Shown piece after piece: positions 17,219 to 26,747 of a stretch of DNA of 64,000 nt; position 1 is the stretch's first letter, and every line of letters starts with the position of its first letter. The notes below the pieces were generated by a model that saw only the letters and a program-made list of their open reading frames with translations, had not been told where the DNA came from and made no database searches. The position numbers and the translations under genes were made by a program. The stretch spans positions 5,528 to 69,527 of the forward strand of contig JBFMEZ010000025.1 in the NCBI GenBank assembly GCA_040753215.1, written 5' to 3'. Source of the DNA: Candidatus Micrarchaeota archaeon. Its GTDB lineage: Archaea > Micrarchaeota > Micrarchaeia > Anstonellales > Bilamarchaeaceae.

Positions 17219-17677
17219 ATGGTTTTCAGTTCCCAGTTGCCAGTTTTCGGAAGCCGGAAAGCGCAGGCAAGTATTGAGTTTACAATAATGGCCTTCTTTT
17301 CGCTCATGCTCCTGCTGGCGGCAACATTCATCTACTCCTGGCAGAGCGCGGAGATTGCGGAGGCGCGCACTTTCTCGGAGATGCGCTCCATCTGCTCCTC
17401 GCTCTCCGCGCGGGTCTCCGGGCTTGTGATGGCTGGAAGCGGGGCGAGTGTGAAGCTGGATTACCCCGAGAAATTGTATGGGGACAACTATTCAATATGG
17501 GTGCAGGGAAACGAGAGCATAGTGAAGGTCATAAGGACGGACGCGCTTGGGGAGGTTTCATCGGTCGGGTGCTACCTGAAAACGAGGGGGGTTTCGAACG
17601 GGACTTCGTATGCATTTTTCGCCGGGGCGAACGATACGCTGAGGAATGATGAAGGGGTAGTTGTATTCGGGAGGTAG
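17219..17677 (+). CDS. archaeal type IV pilin-like protein (class III signal), paralogue 4
   Basis: MVFSSQLPVFGSRKA|QASIEFTIMAFFSLMLLLAATFIY. The leader codons are heptamer repeats. Starts one nt after the adhesin stop (TAGATG). Confidence 0.65.
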   Translation: MVFSSQLPVFGSRKAQASIEFTIMAFFSLMLLLAATFIYSWQSAEIAEARTFSEMRSICSSLSARVSGLVMAGSGASVKLDYPEKLYGDNYSIWVQGNESIVKVIRTDALGEVSSVGCYLKTRGVSNGTSYAFFAGANDTLRNDEGVVVFGR

Positions 17678-17682
17678 GGAGA

Positions 17683-18243
17683 GTGCTGGGCACTGGAAAC
17701 CGGAAACGGGAAACTGGAAACAGGAAAGGTTACGCGACGGGCGTGGACTTCGTGCTCTCAATACTCATATTCTCGATAGTGCTTGCATACTCCATTGGCT
17801 CGTATTACTACTATCTTGGGGAATACCGGGCGGTGGAAGCGAGGAAGAACCTTGAGGTTTCGGCGCTTGCGCTTACGGACACGCTGCTCAAAAGCCCGGG
17901 GATTCCGGGAGACTGGGAGGCGGCCGCGGATTGGGAGGAATGGATGGAGGAAGAGGAGGAGGAAGAGGAGTGGATTCCCACGGGCCTGGAATCCATAGGG
18001 CTTGTGCGGAGGGCGAATGTGCTCGAGCCGGCGAAGGTCTTCGCGCTGGATATGATGGACTATAATTATTCCAGGGAAGTGCTTGGGATTGGGGCGGATT
18101 ATTTCCTCTACATAACAACCGTGGGCGGGATTACAGTGATGGAGAAGGGGGTGCGGATGGAGAACGCGAGCGTCATCTCGGTGAGGAGGATGGCGCTGTA
18201 CAACGGGACGTACGCATGGGTGACTTTGGATGTTTATGGATAA
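17683..18243 (+). CDS. pilin-like protein (class III-type signal), paralogue 5
   Basis: GTG start preceded by GGAGGT 7 nt upstream. MLGTGNRKRETGNRKG|YATGVDFVLSILIFSIVLAY. The leader is repeat-encoded and an acidic EEEEEEE stretch follows. Confidence 0.55.
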   Translation: MLGTGNRKRETGNRKGYATGVDFVLSILIFSIVLAYSIGSYYYYLGEYRAVEARKNLEVSALALTDTLLKSPGIPGDWEAAADWEEWMEEEEEEEEWIPTGLESIGLVRRANVLEPAKVFALDMMDYNYSREVLGIGADYFLYITTVGGITVMEKGVRMENASVISVRRMALYNGTYAWVTLDVYG

Positions 18244-18295
18244 GGATCGTCTTGGAGTCTTGAGTAGTCTCCATGTCTCCCGAGACTTGAGGACC

Positions 18296-18757
18296 ATGCA
18301 AGACACGAAGACCCCAAAGACGCGGGGACTAAACAGGAAAGGGCAGGTATTCACCATCGATGCCCTTCTCTCGGTCACGGTCCTCCTGCTTTTCATCTCC
18401 GCACTTGTTGGATTTTCGGTGAGCGGGAGGTTTGTGCGCAGCAGCATGCACGATGAGAAGCTCGCAGAGGACGTGCTCGTGGTTCTGGACGAGAACGGGC
18501 TGCTCACAAGGAACGCCACCTACCTCAATGCGACGCTTTACAACATCCTGGACGGGACCAGGCACTACGGGGTGGAAACCAGCGACTACGAATACCACGG
18601 GGGCAGTTTCGTCCTGGTGGGGAACGGGAGCGCGGGGGAGGTGCCGGCGGAATTTGATGAAGTGAGCGTGAGCGAGAGGAGCGCGGCAAGCTACGAGCCG
18701 GGGAAGGGGCCGCAGTTCGCGAACTTAACTATTGTGAGGCTGTATATATGGAGATGA
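18296..18757 (+). CDS. archaeal type IV pilin-like protein, paralogue 6
   Basis: MQDTKTPKTRGLNRKG|QVFTIDALLSVTVLLLFISALVGF. The ORF track extends to 18230 through sequence related to the 84-bp repeat, so the start is uncertain. Confidence 0.6.
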   Translation: MQDTKTPKTRGLNRKGQVFTIDALLSVTVLLLFISALVGFSVSGRFVRSSMHDEKLAEDVLVVLDENGLLTRNATYLNATLYNILDGTRHYGVETSDYEYHGGSFVLVGNGSAGEVPAEFDEVSVSERSAASYEPGKGPQFANLTIVRLYIWR

Positions 18758-19599
18758 GGGGGAAGCAGGGGCAGGCAGGCCGAAACCGGAAAGGTTTTAC
18801 CGCCACGCTTTCCACGCTGCTGCTCCTCTCATCGGTTGTGCTGCTGCTCATGCTCATACTGCAGGTGGAAGGGAGGGCGGATAAGGAGAACCTGGACATC
18901 GCGCGGCTCGGGATAATAAACAGCATAGATACGAACATAGGCGGGATGGCCCGGGAGGTGTACTCGCAGTCGGGATTCGTGATTGCGGGCGCGGGCGGGG
19001 AGGTGAACATAAGCGAGGACCGCTCCGCGTCCGGGAAGCTCTCGCAGAACCTGGGGGCGCTTGAGGCGTGGTGGGATGCAAGCAGGAGTGCGAACATAAC
19101 CCTGGAAATACCCAACGATGCGAAGACGCCGCTCTTCTGGATTATGCCGCAGAACATAAGCGTGGAGATAAAGCCGGGGAAGACAACGGTGCTGCCCCAG
19201 GATGCTCCGGAGAGCGCCGGGCAGGTAGAGGCGTATTCCGTTTATGAGATAACAACCTGCGCAAACCTCTCCGCGCAGTGGAACAACCTCTCGCTCGGGA
19301 GCGGGCCGGGCGCGGTGAATTTCACCATCAATTTCACGTGCAGCAATTACACCTACAACGATTTCAGGCAGCTCAATAAGTATGGGTACAGCGAGCTCGT
19401 GCTGCAGGAGAATGCGTTCACCCCCCTGCTCACGGTGAGGGTTTACTCGCCCGCGAAGATGGAGCTGGAGAAAAACAAGCCCCCCACTTATTTAAATTTG
19501 GCGGTAGAGGTGAATGGCAGCGCGAGGGTTGAGATGCCGGGTGTGCTGAACATAAGCATCGGAGAGGCGAGAAGGGACGGGAGGGTGGTGGTAGGGTAG
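18748..19599 (+). CDS. pilin-like protein (class III-type signal), paralogue 7, 283 aa
   Basis: MEMRGKQGQAGRNRKG|FTATLSTLLLLSSVVLLLMLIL, with an N-glycosylation-sequon-rich extracellular domain. Confidence 0.55.
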   Translation: MEMRGKQGQAGRNRKGFTATLSTLLLLSSVVLLLMLILQVEGRADKENLDIARLGIINSIDTNIGGMAREVYSQSGFVIAGAGGEVNISEDRSASGKLSQNLGALEAWWDASRSANITLEIPNDAKTPLFWIMPQNISVEIKPGKTTVLPQDAPESAGQVEAYSVYEITTCANLSAQWNNLSLGSGPGAVNFTINFTCSNYTYNDFRQLNKYGYSELVLQENAFTPLLTVRVYSPAKMELEKNKPPTYLNLAVEVNGSARVEMPGVLNISIGEARRDGRVVVG

Positions 19600-19650
19600 A
19601 TGTTTCCGGTTCCCTGTTTCGGGTTTCCGGAAACTGGCAACGGGGAACTG
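19600..19650. repeat. inverted heptamer-repeat array (GTTTCCN)n...(GGAAACN)n forming a potential hairpin
   Basis: GTTTCCGGTTCCCTGTTTCGGGTTTCCGGAAACTGGCAACGGGGAACTG, between the pilin 7 stop and the CBS gene start. Confidence 0.7.
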
Positions 19651-19652
19651 AC

Positions 19653-20303
19653 ATGAACGGGGAAATGAAGGTAAGGGACATCATGCGGAAGGACTTCATA
19701 TACCTTGATGAGGAGGAGAAGCTGGACGCGATAATAGAGAAGTTCGCAAAATACGGCATCCACGAGGCGCCGGTGCTGAGCAGGGGGGAGCTGAGGGGGC
19801 TCGTGTCCGACAGGGAGATTGCGGATGCCCTCCTGAAAAAGAGGGCGCTTCCTTTCCTGAGGGGCAGGGAGCTGCTTTCCGCGGAAAAGGCGAAAAACAT
19901 AAGGGCACGGGACATACTGAACAGGCATTTCCTCACGCTCGAGCCAGGCATGGAGCTCGTGGATGCGATAATAGACATGGCGCGCAGGGAGACGAACGTT
20001 ATCCCGGTAGTGGAGGGCGGGAGGGTGCTGGGGATAGTGACCGGGAAGGACGTGGTGGGCTACGTGGCGAAGAAATTCATAAGCCACGAGGCGGAGGAGA
20101 AGGGCGGCGAGGGGCTGCAATCCGCGGTGGATGCGGTGCTTGCGCTCGTGAAGGAGAGGAAGAAGGTCTCTGCTGAGGAGGCCTCGAAAAAGCTCGGGAT
20201 TTCCAGGGAAAGGGTTGAGGCGATAGCGAAATCCCTCGCAAAGCACGGGCTCGTCGAGGTGAGGTATACGATAGGCGGAAGGATGGAAGTGAGGGGGATC
20301 TGA
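19653..20303 (+). CDS. CBS-domain pair protein with C-terminal winged-helix-like domain
   Basis: Two CBS repeats (VRDIMRKDFIYLDEE..., ARDILNRHFLTLEPG... with GIVTGKDV) and a C-terminal KLGISRERVEAIAKSLAKHGLV HTH-like segment. Confidence 0.65.
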   Translation: MNGEMKVRDIMRKDFIYLDEEEKLDAIIEKFAKYGIHEAPVLSRGELRGLVSDREIADALLKKRALPFLRGRELLSAEKAKNIRARDILNRHFLTLEPGMELVDAIIDMARRETNVIPVVEGGRVLGIVTGKDVVGYVAKKFISHEAEEKGGEGLQSAVDAVLALVKERKKVSAEEASKKLGISRERVEAIAKSLAKHGLVEVRYTIGGRMEVRGI

Positions 20304-21775
20304 TGGCCCAGCTGGAGGAATATGCGGTAAGGAGCGAGGAGATGGAGGGGAAGGTCACGGTGGCGCGCGGGCCGGAGGATTACGTGCCCAGGTACAGCCT
20401 GCAGGTGCAGAAGCTCTCCGGGCCTACGGCCGCATACCTGGAAGACGTCAAGAACGAGCTGCTCAAGAGGATTACAATAGGGACGAGGGAGCTTACCGAG
20501 CTCAGCGCGCTCGAGGCGCTGAAGGCGGAGATAAAGAGGAATGCGGTGAAGCTGCTCAAAAGCGGCCTTCCGGGGGAGAGCGAGGATGATTACGCCTTCT
20601 TCGCATCGAAGATAGTGCAGGACATGGTGGGGCTGGGGGACCTGGAGTTCCTCATAGCTGACGACTGGCTGGAAGAGATATGCGTAAACAGGGCAGGGGA
20701 GCCGGTCTGGGTGTACCACAGGAAATACGGATGGCTGAAGAGCAACGTCATAATACCGGACGAGGCGCAGGTGAGGAACTACGCGGCCGCGATAGGGAGG
20801 AAGGTGGGCAGGCAGATAACGATACAGGACCCGCTGCTCGATGCGAACATGGTCACGGGGGACAGGGTGAACGCGACGCTCTCGCCGGTGTCCATGCTGG
20901 GGAACACCATCACAATAAGGAAATTCGCGAGGAAGCCATGGACGATTACGGACATGCTGAAGCTGAACACCCTTTCCTACGAATCCGCGGCCTTCCTCTG
21001 GCTGTGCATGGAATACGAAATCAACATCCTGGTGGGGGGCGGGACCGGAAGCGGGAAGACCTCCTTCCTCAACGTGCTCACCGCGTTCATGCCCGCGAGC
21101 CACAGGCTGGTCAGCATAGAGCAGACGCACGAGATAAAGCCGCCGAAGCACCTCCAGTGGGTGCCGATGGTGGTGAGGGAGCCGACGAGCGAGGGGAAGG
21201 GGGAGGTCTCCATGCTGGACCTCATGATAAATGCGCTCAGGATGAGGCCGGACCGCATAATAGTGGGCGAGGTGAGGAGGGCGGACGAGGCGGAGGTGCT
21301 CTTCGAGGCGATGCACACCGGCCACAGCGTGTATTCCACGCTGCACGCGGAGACCGCGAGGGAGACCCTGAAGAGGCTCACGCACCCCCCGATAGACATC
21401 CCTCCGGTTGTGCTCGGCTCGCTGCAGCTGATAGCGGTCATGTACAGGGACAGGAGGGCGAACGTGAGGAGGTTGTTTGAGGTGGTGGAGCTCCTGCCGA
21501 GCGAGGAGAGGGAGCCGATGAGCAGGACGCTCTTCAGGTGGAAGCCGCTGAAGGACCAGGTGTTCAGGGAGGAGGCGAGCGTGCGCGTGCTGGAGACGCT
21601 GAAAACCTTCACAAGGATGGACGAGAAGGAGATAGGGAGGAGCATAGCGGAGAAGGAGGAGATGCTCAGGTGGATGGTGAAGAAGGACGTAAACGCGGTG
21701 GACGCTGTCGGGAAGCTCGTGGCGGATTACTACATGGAGCCGGAAGCCGTGCTTGCAAAGGTGAGGAAGAAATAG
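20303..21775 (+). CDS. type IV pilus / type II secretion family assembly ATPase (archaeal PilB/FlaI/ArlI-like, VirB11 superfamily)
   Basis: ILVGGGTGSGKTSFLN Walker A, RIIVGEVR Walker-B region and a His box (MHTGHSVYSTLHA). 490 aa with the N-terminal domain typical of FlaI-like ATPases. TGATG overlap with the CBS gene. Confidence 0.85.
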   Translation: MAQLEEYAVRSEEMEGKVTVARGPEDYVPRYSLQVQKLSGPTAAYLEDVKNELLKRITIGTRELTELSALEALKAEIKRNAVKLLKSGLPGESEDDYAFFASKIVQDMVGLGDLEFLIADDWLEEICVNRAGEPVWVYHRKYGWLKSNVIIPDEAQVRNYAAAIGRKVGRQITIQDPLLDANMVTGDRVNATLSPVSMLGNTITIRKFARKPWTITDMLKLNTLSYESAAFLWLCMEYEINILVGGGTGSGKTSFLNVLTAFMPASHRLVSIEQTHEIKPPKHLQWVPMVVREPTSEGKGEVSMLDLMINALRMRPDRIIVGEVRRADEAEVLFEAMHTGHSVYSTLHAETARETLKRLTHPPIDIPPVVLGSLQLIAVMYRDRRANVRRLFEVVELLPSEEREPMSRTLFRWKPLKDQVFREEASVRVLETLKTFTRMDEKEIGRSIAEKEEMLRWMVKKDVNAVDAVGKLVADYYMEPEAVLAKVRKK

Positions 21776-21782
21776 GTGTCGT

Positions 21783-22667
21783 ATGGGCGCGAGGATTCCG
21801 TTCTTTGTCCCGGAAAAGGCCTCCTACCCGCTGGGGAGGCTGTTCGCGGGGGTTGTGCAGCCCTTCACGAGGCTGATGCCCGAGCTCGGGGAGAGCCTTC
21901 CGGTGCTGGGGATAGAGCACGACGAGGCGGAGTATACCGGGGCTGCGCTGGTGAACGCGCTGTTCGCGGGGGTTGTGCTCGGCGCCGCATTCTACATGGT
22001 CGCGGTGAGGGTGGGCGCCGCGGAGAGCATACGCGTGCACGGGAGCCTGATCACGGGGCTTGCAATCTTCCTCATGAGCCTCGCATACCTCCTCGCGTTC
22101 CCGGTGTGGGTGGTGAGGAGGAGGGCGGACGAGATAGAGGAGAACCTCCTGTATGCGGTGAGGCACATCATGGTGCAGACGACCGCGGGGGTGCCCTTCT
22201 TCGAGGCGCTCTCCTCGGCCGCGTCCGGGTACGGCCCGGTTTCGGCGGAATTCAGGAACATCGTCAACCAGGTGAACGGCGGGAAGGACCTGGCGGATGC
22301 GCTTGAGGAGAGCGCGGCGAAGAGCGCCTCCAAATATTACAAGAGGATACTGTGGCACGTGGCGAATTCAACGAGGTCCGGATATAACATAGCGGACATA
22401 ATGAAGGAGCTGGTGACCTACCTCGCATACGAGCAGCAGATAAGGGTGAAGAAATTCGGCTCCGAGCTCAACGTGATGTCCCTGTTCTACCTCTCCACCT
22501 GCGTGATACTGCCCACGATGGGGCTGATACTGGCCGTGATACTTTCCTCTTTCGCGGTCGTTTCGCTCAGCCCCACGCTGCTCGGGGTTTTTGTATTCGT
22601 GATAGCCATATTCAACCTGATGTTCCTGGGGATGGTGCAGTCGAGGAGGCCGAGGGGGCTCATATGA
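21783..22667 (+). CDS. TadC/FlaJ-like pilus assembly membrane protein (T2SS-F domain), first of two
   Basis: Polytopic membrane protein with a cytoplasmic helical domain, directly after the ATPase. This is the PilC/TadC/FlaJ platform architecture. Confidence 0.65.
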   Translation: MGARIPFFVPEKASYPLGRLFAGVVQPFTRLMPELGESLPVLGIEHDEAEYTGAALVNALFAGVVLGAAFYMVAVRVGAAESIRVHGSLITGLAIFLMSLAYLLAFPVWVVRRRADEIEENLLYAVRHIMVQTTAGVPFFEALSSAASGYGPVSAEFRNIVNQVNGGKDLADALEESAAKSASKYYKRILWHVANSTRSGYNIADIMKELVTYLAYEQQIRVKKFGSELNVMSLFYLSTCVILPTMGLILAVILSSFAVVSLSPTLLGVFVFVIAIFNLMFLGMVQSRRPRGLI

Positions 22668-23620
22668 ATCCTGTTAAAAGCTATGTGAATTACATACGGC
22701 AACTCCTGGCGTACTGCGACATCTCCGCATCGCCCAACAAGTTCGCCCTCTTCACGCTATGGTTCCCCTTCCTGACCGCGCTCATAATCTCGGTTTTCTT
22801 CCTCAGGGAGCAGGGGCACATCCTCTTCGCGGTGGGCGCCGCCGCATTCGTGGCGGCGGAGGCTGGGATATTCGGGTTCCTCATCCTCGCAAAGAACAGG
22901 AGGGCCGAGGCGGCGGAGGAGGCGATGCCGGACTTCCTGCTGCTCGCTTCAAACAACATAAGGAGCGGGATGACCCCGGACAGGGCGCTGATAGCATCGG
23001 CGAAGGACGAGTTCGGGGTGCTGAGCAGGGAAGTCATGCGGGTGATGCGGGAGACGGTCTCCGGAAGGCCTTTTGAGGAGATGCTGATGAAGGTCACCGA
23101 GAGGATAGATTCGCGGACTATTGAGAACACCGTGAGGCTCGTTGTCGAGGGGATGTATTCGGGCGGGGAGCTCCCCTCTCTCCTTGAAAGGACCTCCTAC
23201 GACATAAGGACGATGAAGACGCTCAGGAAGGACGTGCAGGCGCTCATAGTCACGTACCAGATGTTCATAGCGTCCGCCGTGATGTTCGGGGCGCCTATCC
23301 TCTTCGCGGTGGCAACGCACATAGTTGAGATAATGATCGCGCTGAGGGCAAAGATAACAATAAGCGGGCTTGCCGTGGCGGGGGGGCTGATACCGCTCGG
23401 CAGCGCGGCCGGAGTGAGCGCCGACACGCTCATGCTGTTTGCGGTGAGCGCGATATTCGTGAACTCCCTCTTCGCATCGGTTGCGATAGGGCTCATTTCA
23501 AAGGGAAGGAAGGTGGAGGGGCTGGGCTATTTCCCGCTCGTGTTCCTGGTCTCGCTGGCGTTCTTCTTCCTTGTGAGGCTCGTGCTCAAGAGCGCCCTCG
23601 GCGGCGTCCTGCCTGTATAA
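22664..23620 (+). CDS. TadC/FlaJ-like pilus assembly membrane protein (T2SS-F domain), second of two
   Basis: ATGA overlap with the previous gene and a similar TM/cytoplasmic pattern. Together the two genes resemble a split FlaJ. Confidence 0.65.
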   Translation: MNPVKSYVNYIRQLLAYCDISASPNKFALFTLWFPFLTALIISVFFLREQGHILFAVGAAAFVAAEAGIFGFLILAKNRRAEAAEEAMPDFLLLASNNIRSGMTPDRALIASAKDEFGVLSREVMRVMRETVSGRPFEEMLMKVTERIDSRTIENTVRLVVEGMYSGGELPSLLERTSYDIRTMKTLRKDVQALIVTYQMFIASAVMFGAPILFAVATHIVEIMIALRAKITISGLAVAGGLIPLGSAAGVSADTLMLFAVSAIFVNSLFASVAIGLISKGRKVEGLGYFPLVFLVSLAFFFLVRLVLKSALGGVLPV

Positions 23621-24253
23621 CTAGGGCAATGCCTCTACTTCCAGCATGGAGCCGTATTTAAGCCTGAGCTCGCCCATCAGGAAGACGGGGGCTATCACCT
23701 CTATTATGGAAAGCCCGTGCTGGGAGCGCCTGGGGAATATGACGGCCCCGTCTATGCTCCCTATCCTGCACCTGTAGGCGTCTATGGGCCCGTATGAGCG
23801 GCCGTTGCGCACGAAGCCGGATATCCTTATGGGCCTCCGGGAGCGCAGTTCCACGCGTTTTTCTATAAAGTCCGGTAGAAGCTCTAGATTGAGCGTCCCT
23901 GCGTAGGGCAGAAAGCCCAGCTTTTTCTCCATCCTCCTCCTGTAGCCGGGAAGCGACATGTAGTGGCCGCCCTCCCCGAGGCCCCTGGCGACCTTTCCCC
24001 TGAGGATGATGTGCCTGGATTCGAGCGCCTCCCTGAGCTGGGCGTATGCCTTTCTCAGCACCGCCTCCCCTTTTTTGGATATCCTTGCCTGCCCGCCGCT
24101 GCGCTCGGCCAGCCCCGCATGCACGAGGGCTCGGAGGCGCACGGATGCGTTCTGCTGGCTCATGCCGAGCGTCCTCCCAAGCTCGGTGGTCGTTAGGCGG
24201 ACCGGGGCGCGGAGCGCGCCCTTTTTTGCGAGGAGAAGGAGAAGTTCGTCCAT
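23621..24253 (-). CDS. ribK: CTP-dependent riboflavin kinase (archaeal RibK, MJ0056 family) with N-terminal winged-HTH domain
   Basis: The C-terminal domain has the PYAGTLNL and GSIDGAVIFPRRS blocks of archaeal CTP-dependent flavokinase. N-terminal HTH segment (TTTELGRTLGMSQQNASVRLRAL). Start at MDELLLLLAKKG. Confidence 0.7.
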   Translation of the reverse strand: MDELLLLLAKKGALRAPVRLTTTELGRTLGMSQQNASVRLRALVHAGLAERSGGQARISKKGEAVLRKAYAQLREALESRHIILRGKVARGLGEGGHYMSLPGYRRRMEKKLGFLPYAGTLNLELLPDFIEKRVELRSRRPIRISGFVRNGRSYGPIDAYRCRIGSIDGAVIFPRRSQHGLSIIEVIAPVFLMGELRLKYGSMLEVEALP

Positions 24254-24300
24254 ATATATTCGGTTGGCACGGGAAATATTTTTAAATGGAGGAGGGATAA

Positions 24301-25037
24301 TGCAGAGCATGTTCGAATCGGTAGGCGAGGCGCTGGAGCATTTCTCAAGGGACCCCGTCGCATTCATGGTGCCTACAATCCTCTATCCCGTTTTCATGCT
24401 CATAACCCTGGGCGCGGCGATTGGTGTGCTGTTCATACTCTTCCTCGTGCTCACGCTGGCCGGTGCGGGGGGCACCATCATGACCTACGTGCTGGGCGCG
24501 GTGGGCGCGTTCCTCGCCCTGGCATACCTGATACTGGCTGCGGGCTACAAGGGGGCGATGGTAAGCGAATACAACAACGCAACGGAGAAGAGGGAGGTCG
24601 GGCTCGTCCACTACATGAATTACGCGTTCTCGAACGCGGGCGGGCTCTTCGTGATTTCCCTGGTGAAGCTGGCGATAACCGGGTTCGTGGTGATGCCGTT
24701 CGTGCTGCTGTATTACTTCCTGCTCGTGGACCTGTGGGAAGGGTGGACCTACATCTTCGGGCTTGCTGCGCTGTTCCTCGTTTTTGCGATAGAGTTCCTT
24801 TTTTCCTTTTCCTTCACGGCGTATGCGGTCAGGAAGGTGTCGCCGATAACCGCGATGATGATATCCTTCAATTTCATAAAGGAGAAGAATGTGAAGGCGT
24901 TCCTCATCTACGGCTTCTATGCCGCCGTGGCGCTCAGCGTATGGATACCCATCCTCAACATAATAACGTACCTGGTGTTCTACCCGATCGCATACGCCTC
25001 ACTTATCCTTTTCTTTAAGCGCGGCAGCAGCGGATAG
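24301..25037 (+). CDS. polytopic membrane protein (about 6 TM), hypothetical
   Basis: Start [15 protein letters not shown]. Strongly hydrophobic. The 3' end overlaps trxB convergently by 39 nt. Confidence 0.5.
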
Positions 25038-25934
25038 CGCACGGCCAGCCATCACGGCGGCTATTGTGCCGTCGGAAACCGCGGTGGATATCTGGCGCAC
25101 GTAGGAGGCGCGCACATCGCCGGCCGCATAAACGAGCGGGACGCTCGTCTCCATCTTTTCATCCGTTATTATGTAGCCGGCCGCATCCGTTTTCAGCGCC
25201 CCCCCGAGGAAATCCGTGTTCGGCATGAGGCCTATGTAGAAGAAGACGCCGTCCACCCTCAGCCCGGATTCCTTTCCGGTCCTGTTGTTTTTCAGCGTGA
25301 GGCTTTCCACCCTCCCCTTCCCGTTGACCGAGACCACTTCGGTGTCCAGGAGGAACTCCATCTTCGGGTTTTTCATTGCGCGGTCCAGTATCGCCTTCTC
25401 CGCGCGGAACTGCCCGCGCCTGTGTATAAGCGTGACTTTCGACGCGAATTTCGTGAGGTAATTGCCCTCGTCAACCGCTGAATTGCCGCCCCCGACGACC
25501 GCGACGCGCTTCCCCTGGAAAAAGGGCGCGTCGCAGGTGGCGCAGTAGCTCACGCCCCTCCCCTTCAGCCCGCTTTCCCCCGGCACGCCGAGCTTCTTTT
25601 CGCGGGCGCCGGTTGCGATTATTATCGCCTTCGCGGCGATTTCACCTTTTGAAGTGCTTATTGCCTTTCTGGCGAGGTCTATGCCGCGCACCTCGGTGGC
25701 CTCCTTCAGCTTCGCCCCGAAAGAGAGGGCGTGCTCCGAGAACCTTGCCGAGAGCGCCGGGCCGGAGATGCTTTTCTCGCCCAGCCAGTTTTCGACCAGG
25801 AGCGTTGTGGCTATCTGGCCTCCCGGCTGGCCGCGCTCCAGCACGCAGGTGGAGAGCCCCTCGCGGGAGGCGTAGAGGGCTGCGGCGAGGCCCGCGGGGC
25901 CTCCGCCTATTATTACAACGTCGTATTTTTCCAC
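24999..25934 (-). CDS. trxB: thioredoxin-disulfide reductase
   Basis: [19 protein letters not shown]-binding site, CATCD redox-active disulfide, and a second [14 protein letters not shown](P)H-binding Rossmann motif. Confidence 0.9.
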   Translation of the reverse strand: MEKYDVVIIGGGPAGLAAALYASREGLSTCVLERGQPGGQIATTLLVENWLGEKSISGPALSARFSEHALSFGAKLKEATEVRGIDLARKAISTSKGEIAAKAIIIATGAREKKLGVPGESGLKGRGVSYCATCDAPFFQGKRVAVVGGGNSAVDEGNYLTKFASKVTLIHRRGQFRAEKAILDRAMKNPKMEFLLDTEVVSVNGKGRVESLTLKNNRTGKESGLRVDGVFFYIGLMPNTDFLGGALKTDAAGYIITDEKMETSVPLVYAAGDVRASYVRQISTAVSDGTIAAVMAGRALSAAAALKEKDK

Positions 25935-25943
25935 AGGAACACC

Positions 25944-26747
25944 TCATATGGGGACGCGCTTTCCGGACGCATCCCTCCCGTATTTCCCGAATTCGGCTAT
26001 CTTTTCCGCCAGTTCTTTTTTAATTACCGGGCCTTCGGTGCACATCCTTATCCCGAGGGGGTCCACCGAGCACTGGCCGCAGATGCCTATGCCGCACTTC
26101 ATGTATCTCTCAAGGCTCAGCTCGCAGGGGATGCGGAACCCGTCCGAAATATCCACGACCTTCTTCATCATTATTTCCGGGCCGCAGGTGTATATCTTTC
26201 CTATCTTCTCCTTCCGGAGGAGAATCTGAAGGATGTCGGTGGCAAAGCCCCTTGCGCCGCGCGAGCCGTCGGCCGTGGATATCATGACTTCGGCCCCCGC
26301 CTTCTTCATCCTTCCCAGGAAGAAGAGATAGCCCTTCGAGCGCACGCCCTCAAGGAAGAACACCCTCTTCTTTTTCTTCAGCGCCTCGTCCGCGAGGAAG
26401 GCGAGCGGCGCGCAGCCGCACCCTCCGGAGACAAGGGCGATTGTTTTTTCCCTGCCCAGGGAGAAGGAAGTGCCGAAGGGGCCGCGGAAGCCGAGGACGT
26501 CCCCTTCCCGCACTTTCATCACGGCGCCGGAGAAATGGCCTGCGCTGGCTATGCTCAGGCCGAACCTTTCTTCATCGCGATAGGAGATGCTGATGGGCTT
26601 CTCTCCGGTTCCGGGGAGCCAGAGCATAACGAACTGGCCTGGCTTCGCATCCAGCGCATAATCGAAATAGAGGGTTTTGACATAGGGGTTCTCCTGCACC
26701 GCGCGGGAAACCTTCATCGAAACCATCGGCTCATTTCTCATGCGCAA
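25944..26747 (-). CDS. pyrK: dihydroorotate dehydrogenase electron-transfer subunit (PyrK, FAD/2Fe-2S)
   Basis: Ferredoxin-reductase-like fold and a C-terminal CGIGICGQCSVD...C 2Fe-2S cluster motif, immediately downstream of pyrD. The start may be the MVSMKV Met at 26726. Confidence 0.8.
   Translation of the reverse strand: MRMRNEPMVSMKVSRAVQENPYVKTLYFDYALDAKPGQFVMLWLPGTGEKPISISYRDEERFGLSIASAGHFSGAVMKVREGDVLGFRGPFGTSFSLGREKTIALVSGGCGCAPLAFLADEALKKKKRVFFLEGVRSKGYLFFLGRMKKAGAEVMISTADGSRGARGFATDILQILLRKEKIGKIYTCGPEIMMKKVVDISDGFRIPCELSLERYMKCGIGICGQCSVDPLGIRMCTEGPVIKKELAEKIAEFGKYGRDASGKRVPI

Noticed and set aside
20060-21385. 441-aa antisense ORF opposite the PilB/FlaI ATPase gene
   Set aside because: Arg/Pro/His/Leu-rich low-complexity translation typical of the reverse strand of high-GC genes, with no motifs. 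Spurious.
24006-24300. 5' extension of the membrane-protein ORF that overlaps ribK antisense
   Set aside because: The hydrophobic protein clearly begins at MQSMFES (24301), and the upstream part is antisense to ribK.
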